Shown here one piece after another: positions 1-11,761 of a DNA stretch of 64,000 bases. The stretch lies in the NCBI GenBank assembly GCA_965112155.1, contig OZ218102.1; one strand, given 5' to 3'. The stretch is from Podarcis liolepis. Its lineage: Eukaryota. Under the pieces are notes generated by a model, which was given only the letters and a program-made list of their open reading frames with translations, was not told the origin of the DNA and searched no databases. Position 1 is the stretch's first letter; each line of letters begins with the position of its first letter. The translations under genes were made by a program, and so were the position numbers.

Positions 1-65
1 GAGCTCTGCTTTCCTTACCTGTAGAACACCTTTTGCTTATTATTATTATTATTAGTCTTTCCACA

Positions 66-200
66 TGTTTATTCATTTTAACAAAATTTATATACTGCTT
101 GATCGTACGAAAAACCTCTAAGCGGTTTGCAAAAGCATAAAACAAAACCTTTAAATGATCAAAACCAATTACAACTTGATTGGGACAGCTTATGTTTAAA
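66..200 (-). mobile_element. L2-type LINE 3' tail fragment
   Basis: The reverse complement of 67-128 (aaaccgcttagaggttttt...caagcagtatataaattttgttaaa) matches the + strand copy at about 59503-59560, which ends in (TAAA)n. Confidence 0.55.
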
Positions 201-421
201 CTGCCAATGTCCCATGCAGGTGGGCCCTTGCCATAGTGGAAAATGGGTTTTTCCTCTTCTACTGCTCTTACCTGCGGGAGAAATTTCTTGTTCCCAAAGG
301 TGGGACCTTCAGGGCATGGGCATAACACTGGCAATGGTTCCTGGAAGAGCATGCCATTTGGGGGCAGGCAAGCATTATGTCCCTCTGAGCACGTGTGCTA
401 TTTGTCATCTTCCCTTTGCAG

Positions 422-633
422 CCTTCATTTCCACTTTTGAACCAAACAGGCAAAATCACAAAGGAACAAATAGGCAAAGGCATTGCAAGGAGCGGAGACG
501 AAGAGCGGCGAATGAGCAGCAGAGACTAGTCTGGGGCACTGCCTCGAGAAATGCAAGGAACTCTGTTTCTCATCTCCTCGTATCTGCCACCTGCATGCTA
601 ATCCACATTTTCCGAACCCTGCCTTGCTCTTAG
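422..633 (+). CDS. Candidate terminal coding exon of an unidentified gene; C-terminus resembles a GPI-anchor signal or membrane anchor
   Basis: Pyrimidine-rich acceptor tttgtcatcttccctttgcAG ends at 421. The phase-1 frame reads (A)FISTFEPNRQNHKGTNRQRHCKERRRRAANEQQRLVWGTASRNARNSVSHLLVSATCMLIHIFRTLPCS* (TAG 631-633). It is followed by about 1.3 kb of largely repeat-poor AT-rich sequence resembling a 3'UTR. Confidence 0.4.
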
Positions 634-1984
634 CGGTTAACCAAATAGATCTGGAAAGGGTTTTTTACACTTTCCAACAGGTGTACAATATTATATGCAC
701 AGCTGGATTGGGCTGTTACTGAGATTTGGGAGAAAAATAATAATGTGCAGATTCATAAATCACACCAAGTCTGGAGACACTTGCATTTTAGATATTACTG
801 AATATTCAGAATGGTATCTTTCTGGGTAGGATTCTTGTAAGGATACTTCTTCCTTTCCCCTCGACTGTCTTTTGCCCATGTCTCAGTGTCATTTACTATG
901 ACTAAAGAAATATATTGTGCAGTACTTCGCTTAATGATTTACAGCCATGCTTAACAGTACCATATTTTGGCTCAGGGAGGAAAAATCTGTGCCCCATCCT
1001 GTTCCCTTTGTTCCCAGCTTTCCATGCCAGGACTAACATCTCCAGCCCTGAAACCCTATGCAGGGTGTAATGAGATGCAAGTCTTCTCTGCACCCATGGT
1101 TACTATTTACTAACAAAACTGATGATGTCAGAAATTTAATTAGGTTGTTTCTTGCAAAGGGATCTTAAACCATGAAATCATTATAGTGTCTAATCTTTTC
1201 TTTGTTTAATTTCTATTCCTACTCCCCTCTCTTTAAAATGAAAGAGAGAGAGAGAGAGAACCCTAAAACACCATTATCTTCTAAGAGAAAAGCAAGAATT
1301 CTCAATGTTTTGCCAGGCATAATATACTAACTGGTTTAAGAGTAATTAACATACACTGCCCCATATACAGCTATTTTTTCATTTTCTAAGCGGCATCAGC
1401 CTATGCTGGCAATGTTGTACTTGAGGGCCATGTCACTGTTTTCATTATAAATCCTTTCTTTGAGGATTTAAATCTTGTCTCTTAAAAAAAGATTGGCTTC
1501 CGGCTACAAAATTTGACATATGGACTTGAGCCAAAGTTGTTAACTGAATTTTCAACAGGAATGCAAAAGAGCCAAAGGATTTTTGGGTTAGATTGTTCTT
1601 TTTTTTCTTTTTTACTTGAAACATGTGAGAGACACCTGTGTCTCTTACATGAAGTAGTCATTTTCTGTTCTGAAGTAATCACTCAGGATAGCAAACAGAC
1701 CCTTGCATGTGTAAGCCTTTCACTGCGGAACATATTGGAAACAGAAAGAAGGCACCAATTACAAAAAGAAAAGTAACAAATAGCCATTGGATCAACCTGC
1801 TGAGAAAGATGGTGGATTGTCCACCTAAAGAGAACAATTTAATTGTTAAGAACATGCATGCATCACAGTTAGGCAGCTTACAGAAACAAGCTTCTCACCA
1901 ACAATCTCTCCACCCCAATAGATTCCAACAAAAGTGGTGGATAAAACCACAACAAATTATATAGATTGTTATAAAGGAAAGAAA

Positions 1985-2183
1985 CTTTCAGATATTCCCT
2001 CCGCTTGAATATTAGACAGGTGCCATCTCCTTCCTCTTTCCACAAACCTTTTAAGTTCAGATCTTTCCCAGTCTGCATCTGTATTGAAATTGTTTTTAAG
2101 ATGTTTTTATTGTTTTATCACTTGTGCATCACCTGGTCTCCTCTGTGAGGAAGGGTGTGATATAAATCTGATAAATAAATAAA
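1985..2183 (+). mobile_element. Decayed L2-type LINE 3' end
   Basis: L2-like 3' UTR layout ending ...gaagggtgtgatataaatctgataaataaataaa. Confidence 0.45.
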
Positions 2184-2784
2184 GATAGGGCAGTATGAAC
2201 GCCCTATAGTATGGAGTTCTACAAGTGATTGCTGCAACGAAGGAACTTTCATGTGTTTGCACCAATAACATATTTCAGATGACCTTAGAACCAGGATACC
2301 GGAAGAATAATCTTCTATATCCGATGCCACCAGGAATCAGTCATTTAGGGAGTGAAAGGCAATAACCCTCACTTTGAATCACATCTGGGAATGTGCCAAT
2401 AGCCAGTAGAATTGATGGAATTGATGGAAAGGAGAAGCATGCTCTAGAAACCTAGCCTCGGCCAGCAGCTTAGCTACATCATTCTACACTAGCAACAGTT
2501 TCTGGATGTAGAGCACGATACAGTAATTCAATCCAGTTTCAGATTGAGCCTTGTGAAATAATACACCAGGAATCTGAGCAGATATTTTAATGTACAGTGG
2601 GATTTGCTTGGGAACAGGGGATCCTTGTGGAAAATCAAATTAACTGGGCTTCCAGGGAAAAGGCAATAAAGAGGTGAGCACCAACAGCTGGGAATAAACA
2701 GGCCACATTTTTTTTATTAGAGGAGCAGGGCATAACATGCAAGCTTTTAAGACCAGTGCAGTGGAAAGGGTAGCTAGAATGCTA

Positions 2785-2943
2785 CGAAGAAGCTAAGCAG
2801 AGCTTTCTAGATCAGGCTGGTGTCCCACCTAATTCAGCATCCTGTTCTCGCCATGGCCAACCAGATGCCCATGGGAAACTCACAAGCACAAGAACACTCT
2901 CCCATCCCATAGTTTCCAGCAACGGGTATTCACAAGCATTGCT
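2785..2943 (-). mobile_element. Old CR1-family 3' fragment (part 1), interrupted by the young CR1
   Basis: agatcaggctggtgtcccacctaattcagcatcctgttctc...ggccaaccagatgcc motif, also seen at about 9230, 18055 and 36560. It resumes after 6197. Confidence 0.6.
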
Positions 2944-3040
2944 ATCATAGAATCATAGAATCATAGAATCATAGAATCATAGAGTTGGAAGAGACCATAA
3001 GGGCCATCGAGTCCAACCCCCTGCCAAGCAGGAAACACCA

Positions 3041-5961
3041 TCAGAGCACCCCTGACATATGGTTGTCAAGCCTCTGCTTAAAGACCTCCAAAGAAGGAGA
3101 CTCCACCACACTCCTTGGCAGCAAATTCCACTGTCGAACAGCTCTTACTGTCAGGAAGTTCTTCCTAATGTTTAGGTGGAATCTTCTTGCTTGTAGTTTG
3201 GATCCATTGCTCCATGTCCGCTTCTCTGGAGCAGCAGAAAACAACCTTTCTCCCTCCTCTATATGACATCCGTTTATATATTTGAACATGGCTATCATAT
3301 CACCCCTTAACCTCCTCTTCTCCAGGCTAAACATGCCCAGCTCCCTTAGCCGTTCCTCATAAGGCATCGTTTCCAGGCCTTTGACCATTTTGGTTGCCCT
3401 CCTCTGGACACGTTCCAGTTTGTCAGTGTCCTTCTTGAACTGTGGTGCCCAGAACTGGACACAGTACTACAGGTGAGGTCTGACCAGAGCAGAATACAGT
3501 GGCACTATTACTTCCCTTGATCTAGATGCTATACTCCTGTTGATGCAGCACAGAATTGCATTGGCTTTTTTAGCTGCCGCGTCACACTGTTGGCTCATGT
3601 CAAGTTTGTGGTCAGCCAAGACTCCTAGATCCTTTTCACATGTACTGCTCTCAAGCCAGGTGTCACCCATCTTGTATTTGTGCCTCTCATTTTTTTTGCC
3701 CAAGTGCAATACTTTACATTTCTCCCTGTTAAAGTTCATCTTGTTTGTTTTGGCCAATTCTCTAATCTGTCAAGGTCGTTTTGAAGTGTGATGCTGTCCT
3801 CTGGGGTGTTAGCCACCCCTCCCAGTTTGGTGTCATCTGCAAATTTGATCAGGATGCCCTTGAGTCCATCATCCAAGTCGTTGATAAAGATGTTGAATAA
3901 GACCAGGCCCAAGACAGAACCCTGTGGCACCCCACTAGTCACTCTTCTCCAGGATGAAGAGGAACCATTGATGAGCACCCTTTGGGTTCGGTCAGTCAGC
4001 CAGTTACAAATCCACTGAGTGGTAGCATAGTCAAGACCGCATTTTACCAGCTTCTTTACAAGAATATCATGGGGCACCTTGTCAAATGCCTTGCTGAAAT
4101 CAAGGTAGGCTACATCCACTGCGTTCCCTTCATCTACCAGGCTTGTAATTCTGTCAAAAAACGAGATCAGGTTAGTCTGACATGACTTATTTTTCAGAAA
4201 TCCATGCTGACTATTGGTGATCACAGCATTCCTTTCTAGGTGCTCACAGACTGTTTTCTTAATGATCTGCTCCAGAATCTTCCCTGGTATTGATGTCAGA
4301 CTGACTGGGCGATAATTATTTAGGTCCTCTCTTTTCCCCTTTTTGAAAATAGGGACAACATTTGCCCTCCTCCAGTCTGCCGGGACTTTGCCTGTTCTCC
4401 AGGAATTCTCAAAGATGACTGCCAGTGGTTCTGAGATCACATCTGCCAGTTCTTTTAATACTCTTGGATGCAGTTCATCTGGCCCTGGAGACTTGAATAC
4501 ATCTAAACTAGCCAAGTATTCTTGTACTATCTCCTTAGTTATTCTGGGCTGTGTTTCCTCTGCTGAATCATTTGCTCCAAATTCTTCAGGTCGGGCATTG
4601 TTTTCTTTATCGGAGAAGACTGAGGCAAAGAAGGCATTGAGGAGTTCAGCCCTTTCTTTGTCCCCTGTTTGCATTTCACCATCTTCTCCTCTGAGTGACC
4701 CCACTGTTTCTTTGTTCTTCCTTTTGCTACGGACATACCCATAAAAGCCTTTTTGGTTGCTTTTAACCTCTCTAGCAAGCCTGAGTTCATTCTGTGCTTT
4801 AGCTTTTCTGACTTTGTGTCTACACGTGCTGGCTATTTGTTTGAATTCCTCTTTGGTGGTTTCCCCCCTTTTCCATTTTTTGTACACATCCTTTTTTAAT
4901 CTTAACTCAGTTAAAAGTTCTTTAGATAGCCACCCTGGCTTCTTTAGGCACCTTCCATGTTTCCGTCTCATTGGTATTGCCTGAAGTTGTGCTTTTACTA
5001 TCTCCCTCTTAACAAACTCCCAGCCATCATGAACTCTCTTTCCTTTTAGTATTACTGTCCATGGGATCTCACCCAGCACTTTCCTAAGTTTTATGAAGTC
5101 GGCTTTTTTAAAGTCAAGAAATTGAGTCCTAGTATGCTTGGCTGCTCCTTTACGCTGTATAGTAAACTTCCGAAGAGCATGATCACTCGCGCCTAATGAT
5201 CCTTCCACTTCTGCCCCACTAACCATGTCATCAACATTTGTTAGGACCAGATCTAAAATGGCTGTTCCTCTTGTTGCTTCTCCCACTTTCTGGACAATGA
5301 AGTTGTCTGCAAGGCCAGTGAGGAATCTGTTTGACCTTATGCTCTTGGCTGAGTTTGACATCCAACAAATATCCGGGTAATTGAAGTCCCCCATTACTAC
5401 TATCTCCCTTCCTTTTGCATGCTTGGCCATCTGTTCCAGGAAGGCATCATCTATGTCCTCCGTTTGGCTTGGGGATCTATAGTAAACTCCCACAATGAGG
5501 TCTCTGTTATTCTTCTCTCCCTTAATTTTGACCCAAATGCTCTCACTTTGGCTTTGAGGTTCTAAATCTTGGATCTCTTCACAGGTATACACATCCCTGA
5601 CATATAATGCCACTCCTCCTCCTTTCTTGTCTGGTCTGTTTCTCTGAAATAGATTGTATCCCTCCATTATTACATTCCAATCGTGGGACTTATCCCACCA
5701 GATTTCAGTGATGCCTATTATGTCATATTTAGTTTGCTGTACCAAGAGCTCAAGCTCATCTTGTTTATTTCCCATGCTTTGCGCATTAGTGTACAGACAT
5801 TGAAGTCCATTAATCATTCCCCCGTGTCTCTTATTTAAGGATTTTTTCCTCCCACCACTAGGTCTGCGTGCTGTTTGCTCCATTTGGTCTATGACATTTG
5901 GATGATCATCTTCATCAATTGATAGACTCCTACCTTCAGGAACACTGTCTCCCTCCCCCAT
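3041..5961 (-). pseudogene. CR1 ORF2 (APE endonuclease + reverse transcriptase), disrupted
   Basis: APE motifs [29 protein letters not shown] motifs [33 protein letters not shown]. Frameshift at about 3755 (LENW|AKTNKM) and in-frame TAG at 3467-3469 (RPHL*YCVQFW). The three ORF-track pieces join into one ORF2. Confidence 0.96.
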
Positions 5962-5966
5962 ATTAG

Positions 5967-6197
5967 TCAGTTTAAAGCCCTCCTGGTGAGGTTTCTGAGA
6001 TTTTTGGCAAAAACATTCCTCCCAACCGTTGTGAGGTGCAGCCCATCGCTTGCCAGAAGTCCATCTTCAAGAAACTGCAGTCCGTGATCTAAGAATCCAA
6101 ACTGTTCCTGTTTACACCATTTGCGAAGCCAGCTGTTCACTTCCACTATTTTTTCCTCTCTCCCTGGGCCACGTCGTTCAAGTGGGAGGACAGATGA
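5967..6197 (-). pseudogene. CR1 ORF1 C-terminal fragment (SGNH esterase-like)
   Basis: Translates [76 protein letters not shown] (TGA 5967-5969). Confidence 0.88.
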
Positions 6198-6690
6198 CCA
6201 TGGAGGCAGAACATAGCCCTCATGAGAGCCAGTGTGGTGTAGCAGTTAAGAGCGGTAGTCTCGTAATCTGGGGAACCGGGTTCATGTCTCCGCTCCTCCA
6301 CATGTAGCTGCTGGGTGACCTTGGGCTAGTCACACTTCTTTGAAGTCTCTCAGCCCCACTCACCTCACAGCATGTTTGTTGTGGGGGAGGAAGGGAAAGG
6401 AGAATATTAGCCGCTTTGAGACTCCTTAAAGGGATTGAAAGGCGGGATATCAAATCCAAACTCTTCTTCTTCTTCATGGCTAGTAGCCACCAATATCTGC
6501 ATGAATCTGTCCAATCCTCTTTTTAAGCCAGTGTTTTGTGTTTTTCTCAAGGTGGTGAGCACCACTGGCCCCTGTGGGAGCGAGTTCCACAGTTTAACCA
6601 TGTTCTGCACAAAGAAGTACTTTCTTTTATGCATCCCACATCTCCCAGCATTCAGTTTAATGGGATGTCCACGAGTCCTAGTGTTACTGA
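6198..6690 (-). mobile_element. Old CR1 3' fragment (part 2), split by the Squam3 SINE
   Basis: ORF 6407-6742 contains the decayed CR1 C-terminus: NTRTRGHPIKL...RKYFFVQNMVKLWNSLPQ...KRGLDRFM. Confidence 0.8.
6225..6473 (+). mobile_element. tRNA-derived SINE, Squam3-type, full length
   Basis: A-box-like tggtgtagcagtt, B-box-like gggttcatgtctcc, 3' end ...gggatatcaaatccaaactcttcttcttct. Flanked by a short TCATG duplication. Confidence 0.85.
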
Positions 6691-6699
6691 GATTCCCAG

Positions 6700-7138
6700 G
6701 GACACTGGCATGAGCAGCCAACCCTGACATAAACTGGCTCACATGGAGCAGTACCTCACAAAGCGTTCATTTTCCTGGCAGGCAGCGACAGAGCAAGCCG
6801 AACAGGCGTCTGGGGTGGTGCGCGTGCTCTGCGCCCAGGGGCGGGGCCAGCTGCCTGCGGGGCGGGGCGAGTCAGGGCAGGACGTTCCGCTGGGCCTCCG
6901 AGGAATCGGCCTGCCTCCTCCCACTCAGCTGCCCTACAGCTGAGGGGGAGAAGGCGGGTAGATTGTTTGCGGCAGCGAGGAACCTGTGGGTGCCCAAGCC
7001 ACCGCATAACTCCCAGGAGAGACACGTGGCTCGGGCACGCTGCAGGCCCTGCGGTGAGTGACGCCAGGCATTTTGTCACACCCCTCAGTGGTGACACCTG
7101 GGGCAGACTGCCCCCACAGCCCCCTTCCTCCACCCCTG
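6700..7138. mobile_element. GC/CpG-rich hAT-like non-autonomous element fragment
   Basis: Right end ...cccttcctccacccctg resembles a CAGGGG-type TIR, with subterminal tgtcacacccctc...gtgacac. The left TIR was not found. Confidence 0.45.
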
Positions 7139-7163
7139 CTGGCAGGTGCATGTATGTGTGATA

Positions 7164-7817
7164 CAGTGGACGCTCGGGTTGTGAACGTGATCCATGCGGG
7201 ATGCACGTTCGCAACCTGTAGCATTCACAACCACAGGTTGTGCTTCGGCGGTTTGGTGCTGGCACGACTGGCAAAACCCAGAAGTAACCATTCTGGTGTT
7301 TTATGCGCATGTGACAACAAATCAATAGAATCCCTTCATCATATCTTGTTTAATTGTCCTTTATATATTGTTCCCCGATCAAGGATTCTGAGTTCAATCA
7401 TTTTGGAAACTGTTGTTAAACCACCTGAATTACATCTAGCCTATCTACTCCAGAACATTGACTCTTATAGAACATTACAGGTTGCAAGATTCCTGAATTC
7501 TGTTCTTTCATATAAAAGACTTCATGGATTGCTGCATGACTATTAAAATCTAGTAAACTCTATCCACCATCTTTATATTCAAGGCCACAATATGGTACAT
7601 CTAGAGACTGTATGTAATGTGAAGGAGATTATGCATTGAAATATTTTAGTTGATATTTTAGAATGTAAAATGCTATTTTATTTACTGATTGGTTTTACCT
7701 GGTGGGCTTATAGCCGAATAAAGTATTATCTATCTATCTATCTAACCCATTCTGGGTTTCGGCGGTCTGTAACAAAAAGAACGCAACCTGAAGCGTCTGT
7801 AACCCGAGGTATGACTG
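7164..7817. mobile_element. Tc1/mariner (Tigger-like) MITE split by a LINE fragment
   Basis: TA|CAGTGGACGCTCGGGTT ... AACCCGAGGTATGACTG|TA. Related to the copy at 11502-11761. Confidence 0.75.
7297..7746 (+). mobile_element. 3' fragment of a non-LTR retrotransposon with a C-terminal CCHC knuckle (RTE-X-like)
   Basis: LCACDNKSIESLHHILFNCPLY...LAYLLQ...VARFL, then 3'UTR, AATAAA and a (TATC)n tail. Target duplication CCATTCTGG at 7288-7296 and 7747-7755. Confidence 0.75.
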
Positions 7818-8592
7818 TACTGTGATAGGGTGGCTCTCGTTTGGAGCAAAGTGTTCATTCCAAGGGTGATTGCTCAATAAGCAAGTGGTTTGCTCTAGGG
7901 GTTTTACCCCCGGTTTGAGTGAGGGGTGTGTGTGTGTATGGTTTTTTGTTGGTTTTTTTTTGTTTTGTTCTGGGAAGGAACTTCTTAAACCTAACAGTTC
8001 CAGTAGCCTCCTCTTTGTTCTCAGGGGAAGAGGAGGGGGAAAGAGAGAACATCTGATGAATGAGATGTTTAAAATTCTAATTGATAGGGATATGATCAGA
8101 CATAAAATTTCTTCCCTAGAGGAGGAAAATCAAAGAAATAACTTCAAAGTTAAATAAGGTAGAAAGCAAACCCAAGAGAGCAAATTGACACGGAGCAACC
8201 AGGGGATCCAAAGAATAATTTTTCAGAGAAAAAGGCTTTGAATGTAAAACTGATAAAAGGCATCTTGGCAGAAGACCAGAACAGGCAAATCTTTAAAAGC
8301 TAAGCAAGGAACGAGGAGGGTAGTTCAGTTATAGGTTCCCACCACCATCCCCAAAACAGAATGTTGCACATGTGCAGATAAGTCCCATCAGCAGAGCATG
8401 ACAATGTTACAGATAAATCTGTTGTTGTTTTTTAAAAAAGCAGAGTACTTCTTTGAATTACAACAAATAAAACAGACCTTGGGTACTATATTAAGACCAA
8501 TGAGTAATTTGTGAAAGTTTTGAGTTCACTTCTAGGTGAACTTCATGAAAAGAATACCTCCAGGATCCAAAGAGCCATGAGCTTCTTACTTA

Positions 8593-9001
8593 CCATATTT
8601 TTCCGTGTATAACATGCCCCAATGTATAAGACGCACCTTGTTTTGGGGGACTCAAAATTAAGAAAGTTGGGGGGAGGGGAGATTGCCCATAGTTGTTCAG
8701 CTTTTGGGGGGGAGGATTACCCATAATTGATGGACTTTTGGGGGGGTGGCCCAGAGTTGCTGAGCTTTGGGGGGGGTTGCTGAAAATTGCTCACAATCAA
8801 GACTGTCCCCTCGCTGACAAAAACCGCAAATCGTACGCCCAATTGCCGCAGCGACAGCCAATCAACGCCAGCCCTTGCCGCAGCCAACAATATCCAACTC
8901 ACGGCAGCAACCAATCCCACGTCCCCACAATGGGGACGGCCCCCAATTTTTAACATGATTTTCGACTAAAAGAAACTAGTCTTATACACGGAAAAGTACG
9001 G
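8593..9001. mobile_element. pogo/Tigger-like MITE
   Basis: TIRs TA|CCATATTTTTCCGTGTATAA and TTATACACGGAAAAGTACGG, with internal G-rich tandem units. Confidence 0.8.
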
Positions 9002-10146
9002 TCATGCATGAACCCAGTAGGGTTTGGACTCTCCCTTCTCCACCCATTGAACAGCAGTCTGCCAAAATGAGCCCAGCTTTCTTGAGGCTTTCTCAATCCT
9101 AACCAGATGACAAGACACCTTTTTATAAAGGATAGTGGTGTGATGGAGATGGGTAGGTTATTACTGCTACACCTGAACTCCTAGCTGCAGGTCTTGTGGA
9201 AGGGGAATGCGTACATACATAAGGTCCCTGCTAGATCAGACCAAAGGTCCAGGTATTCCTGCAACCTGTTTCCCAGAGTGGTCAGCCAGATGAATCTGGG
9301 AAGCTCACAAGCAGAGTGGAAGGTAAATAGTCCTTCTAGTTGTTGCTCTCTAGCAGCTAGGAATCAGAAGTAGAAATTGGGGGGAACAGTTGCTTTGCTT
9401 CAGATTTTAATGCAAAACCCCCCTAATTCGCGCAAATGATACAGGAACCGAAACACAGCTATCCTGCAAAATTTGCACTTCTGGAATTTCACGGTGCTGT
9501 TTCCCCCAACCAAAATGTGTGTGTATTTTGGGGAAGCATGTGTTGAAATGTATATATTAGCAAGAATAAGATACTGTACAAAAATGCCTTTTACTGAGGA
9601 AGAATGTTTGCAAAAATATTAGGAAAATAGCATAAAATGTATATATTAAGAGAAATTCACATTAAAATGCTGGTGGGTTTTTCATAATAAATGTGGAGGA
9701 ATGAGAAACTGAAATTGACATGCTGCCTCTGAAACTGTAGGTATATGTGTGTTACTATTAAATATGTTGCTTCCTGGCACACATCCATGCATGCTCATAG
9801 ACAACTCTACATAGTATAAGAAATAAACATCCTTCTGTTGTGTTGCTTTCTAAGATAGCAACAGTTGTTTGGGAGTTTAACAGGATTTGACATGCTGCCT
9901 GGGCTTGTTACTCCCAAACAGATGCATAAGTGACCACAGCACAGCTGTAAAAGACTCAGATTGCATAGATGCTATACCTTTAAAGCACATTTTCCCCCTC
10001 AAAGAATTCTGGGCAGTGTAGTTTAGCCCTCACAGAGTTACAATTCCCAGAAACCCTTAATAAACTTCAGTGCCCAGAATTCTTTGAGTGATGGAAAATG
10101 AATCTGTGTTAAAGGTACCCCAAGGTGGTTAAAAAAAGAAGACAAC

Positions 10147-10360
10147 AAAGGTAAAGGACTCCTGGATGGTTAAGTCCAGTCAAAGGTGACTATCGGGTTG
10201 CGGTGCTCATCTTGCTTTTCTGGCCAAGGGAGTCAGTGTTTGTCCACAGACAGTTTCCTGGGTCATGTGGCCAGCATGACTAAACCGCTACTGGCACATG
10301 GAGGACTGTGATGAGTGCCAGAGCACACGAAAATGCCATTTATCTTCCCACTGGTGGTGC
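10147..10360 (-). mobile_element. Sauria SINE, diverged 3' part
   Basis: aaaggtaaagg tail and the ggtcatgtggccagcatgactaa core shared with the other copies. Confidence 0.75.
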
Positions 10361-10377
10361 AAATAGATAAATACCCA

Positions 10378-10498
10378 GGGTGGTATTCAAAGTCAGTCCT
10401 ATGTCGAGAAGAACTATTGAAGTTAATAGGCATGACTAACTTAAGTTCATATTAATTCAATGGGTCTACTCTGCATAGGATGCAGATGAATTCCACCC
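10378..10498. mobile_element. Small palindromic MITE (family also at about 20466-20587, 31700-31820 and 43888-44125)
   Basis: gggtggtattca...attgaagttaat / attaattcaatgggtctact...gaattccaccc inverted arrangement, repeated four times in the window. Confidence 0.6.
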
Positions 10499-10947
10499 TT
10501 GTGTCAGCTCTTTGTTGTGTTCACATTTTGGTTGAACGACTTGCATTCTGTCAAATCATAGAACTCTAAGGAATACTAATGGCGAACGGCTCCGCAGCTC
10601 CTGTCCTGTGAACAGTATCCTCTACCTGCAGATATCAAGAGCAATTTACTGGGTGGGGCAGAGCCACTACTACACTAGCTCTCCATCAGGTGGGTCACTG
10701 TTGCTAAGCATCCTCCTGCTATAGCCAGGAGGACCCTTAGCCTTACAGCAAGTCCCGAGTCAGGTTCAGTCTGGGGGCAATGAATTGGGATCCTGTGATG
10801 GAGCTGAGGAGGACCCATCCACATCCAGGGCAAGTCCAACTCTCCCTGGCATGAGACCAAATGGGTCCCAAACATGAGGGGAAGGCAGAACTTTAAATGC
10901 CAGGTGGAAACCCAACCCATCAGTATTTCAGTCTGCAATTCAACAAG

Positions 10948-11172
10948 AGCAAGTGTTGGGTAGTGGTTAGAGTTCCAGATTTGGACTGGGGAAATCCAGG
11001 TTCAAATCCCCATACAGCCTTGAAACTCACCAGGTAAGCTTAGGCATACCCCTCCACCTCAGAGAGTTGTTATGTGGATAAAATATGTGTTTTTCTGTGT
11101 TTGGGCAAGGGGGAACCATGCATTTGCCCTTGAGATCCTCAGAAGGATATACCGGTAAACGCAATAAATAAA
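10948..11172 (+). mobile_element. Older tRNA-derived SINE (Squam3/MIR-like)
   Basis: gtagtggttagag A-box, ggttcaaatccc B-box, acctcagagagttgttatgtggataaaa core, (TAAA)n tail. Confidence 0.65.
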
Positions 11173-11501
11173 TATGCCTAGTGCTGTGACACAGAGGGCA
11201 ATTGTTGTATAGCTTAACTGCATAGACTTCCAATTTCCACCCACTATTTGTGGACAATGTCTCACTAGCATATTCTTGAAGTTCCGCATGCTTTGCTGGC
11301 ATGAATGGCACTGACTGTGCAGAATGGAGCTTGTGCCAGCAAAAGAACGAGAAAAGCTCCTGGGTTTGAAGGCACACCATCTGGTATTTATTGGCAAGAG
11401 GAACACTTACAGCAGCTTCCACTGAAGACTCCTGTCTTCCAACAATTCTTTAAAGGATACACCTTTCCCAGTTTGCATCTGTACTGGAAATGTTTTCAGT
11501 A

Positions 11502-11761
11502 CAGTGGTACCTCTGGTTGCGAAAGTGATCCATTCTGGAGGCCCGTTTGCAACATGAAAAGCCTGCAACCTGAAGTGCCATATCTGCGCAGGTGCACAGC
11601 ACGATTTGGCACTTGTGCGCATGCACAAAGCGTGATTTAGTGCTTCTGCGCATGCGCGAGCAGTGGAACCCGGAAGTAACCCTTTCCGGTACTTTTGAGT
11701 CGCCGCAGGATGCACCCTGAAAAAATGTATCATGAAGCAAACGTAACATGAGGTATGACTG
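11502..11761. mobile_element. Tc1/mariner MITE
   Basis: TA|CAGTGGTACCTC...GAGGTATGACTG|TA. Confidence 0.8.

Larger units (their letters stand above)
2944..6197 (-). mobile_element. Young CR1 LINE, 5'-truncated within ORF1
   Basis: 3' end is (ATCATAGA)x5 at 2944-2983, the CR1 octamer tail. ORF2 has APE and RT motifs. The ORF1 C-terminus has the SGNH-esterase DGLH motif. Confidence 0.97.

Noticed and set aside
3736-5961. 741-aa ORF as a host gene or novel RT system
   Set aside because: Standard CR1 ORF2 with CR1 tail and ORF1 remnant, and it is disrupted.
6743-7325. CpG-island promoter with coding ORFs
   Set aside because: Embedded among nested transposon fragments and ends in a hAT-like terminus; the ORFs are low-complexity GC artefacts.
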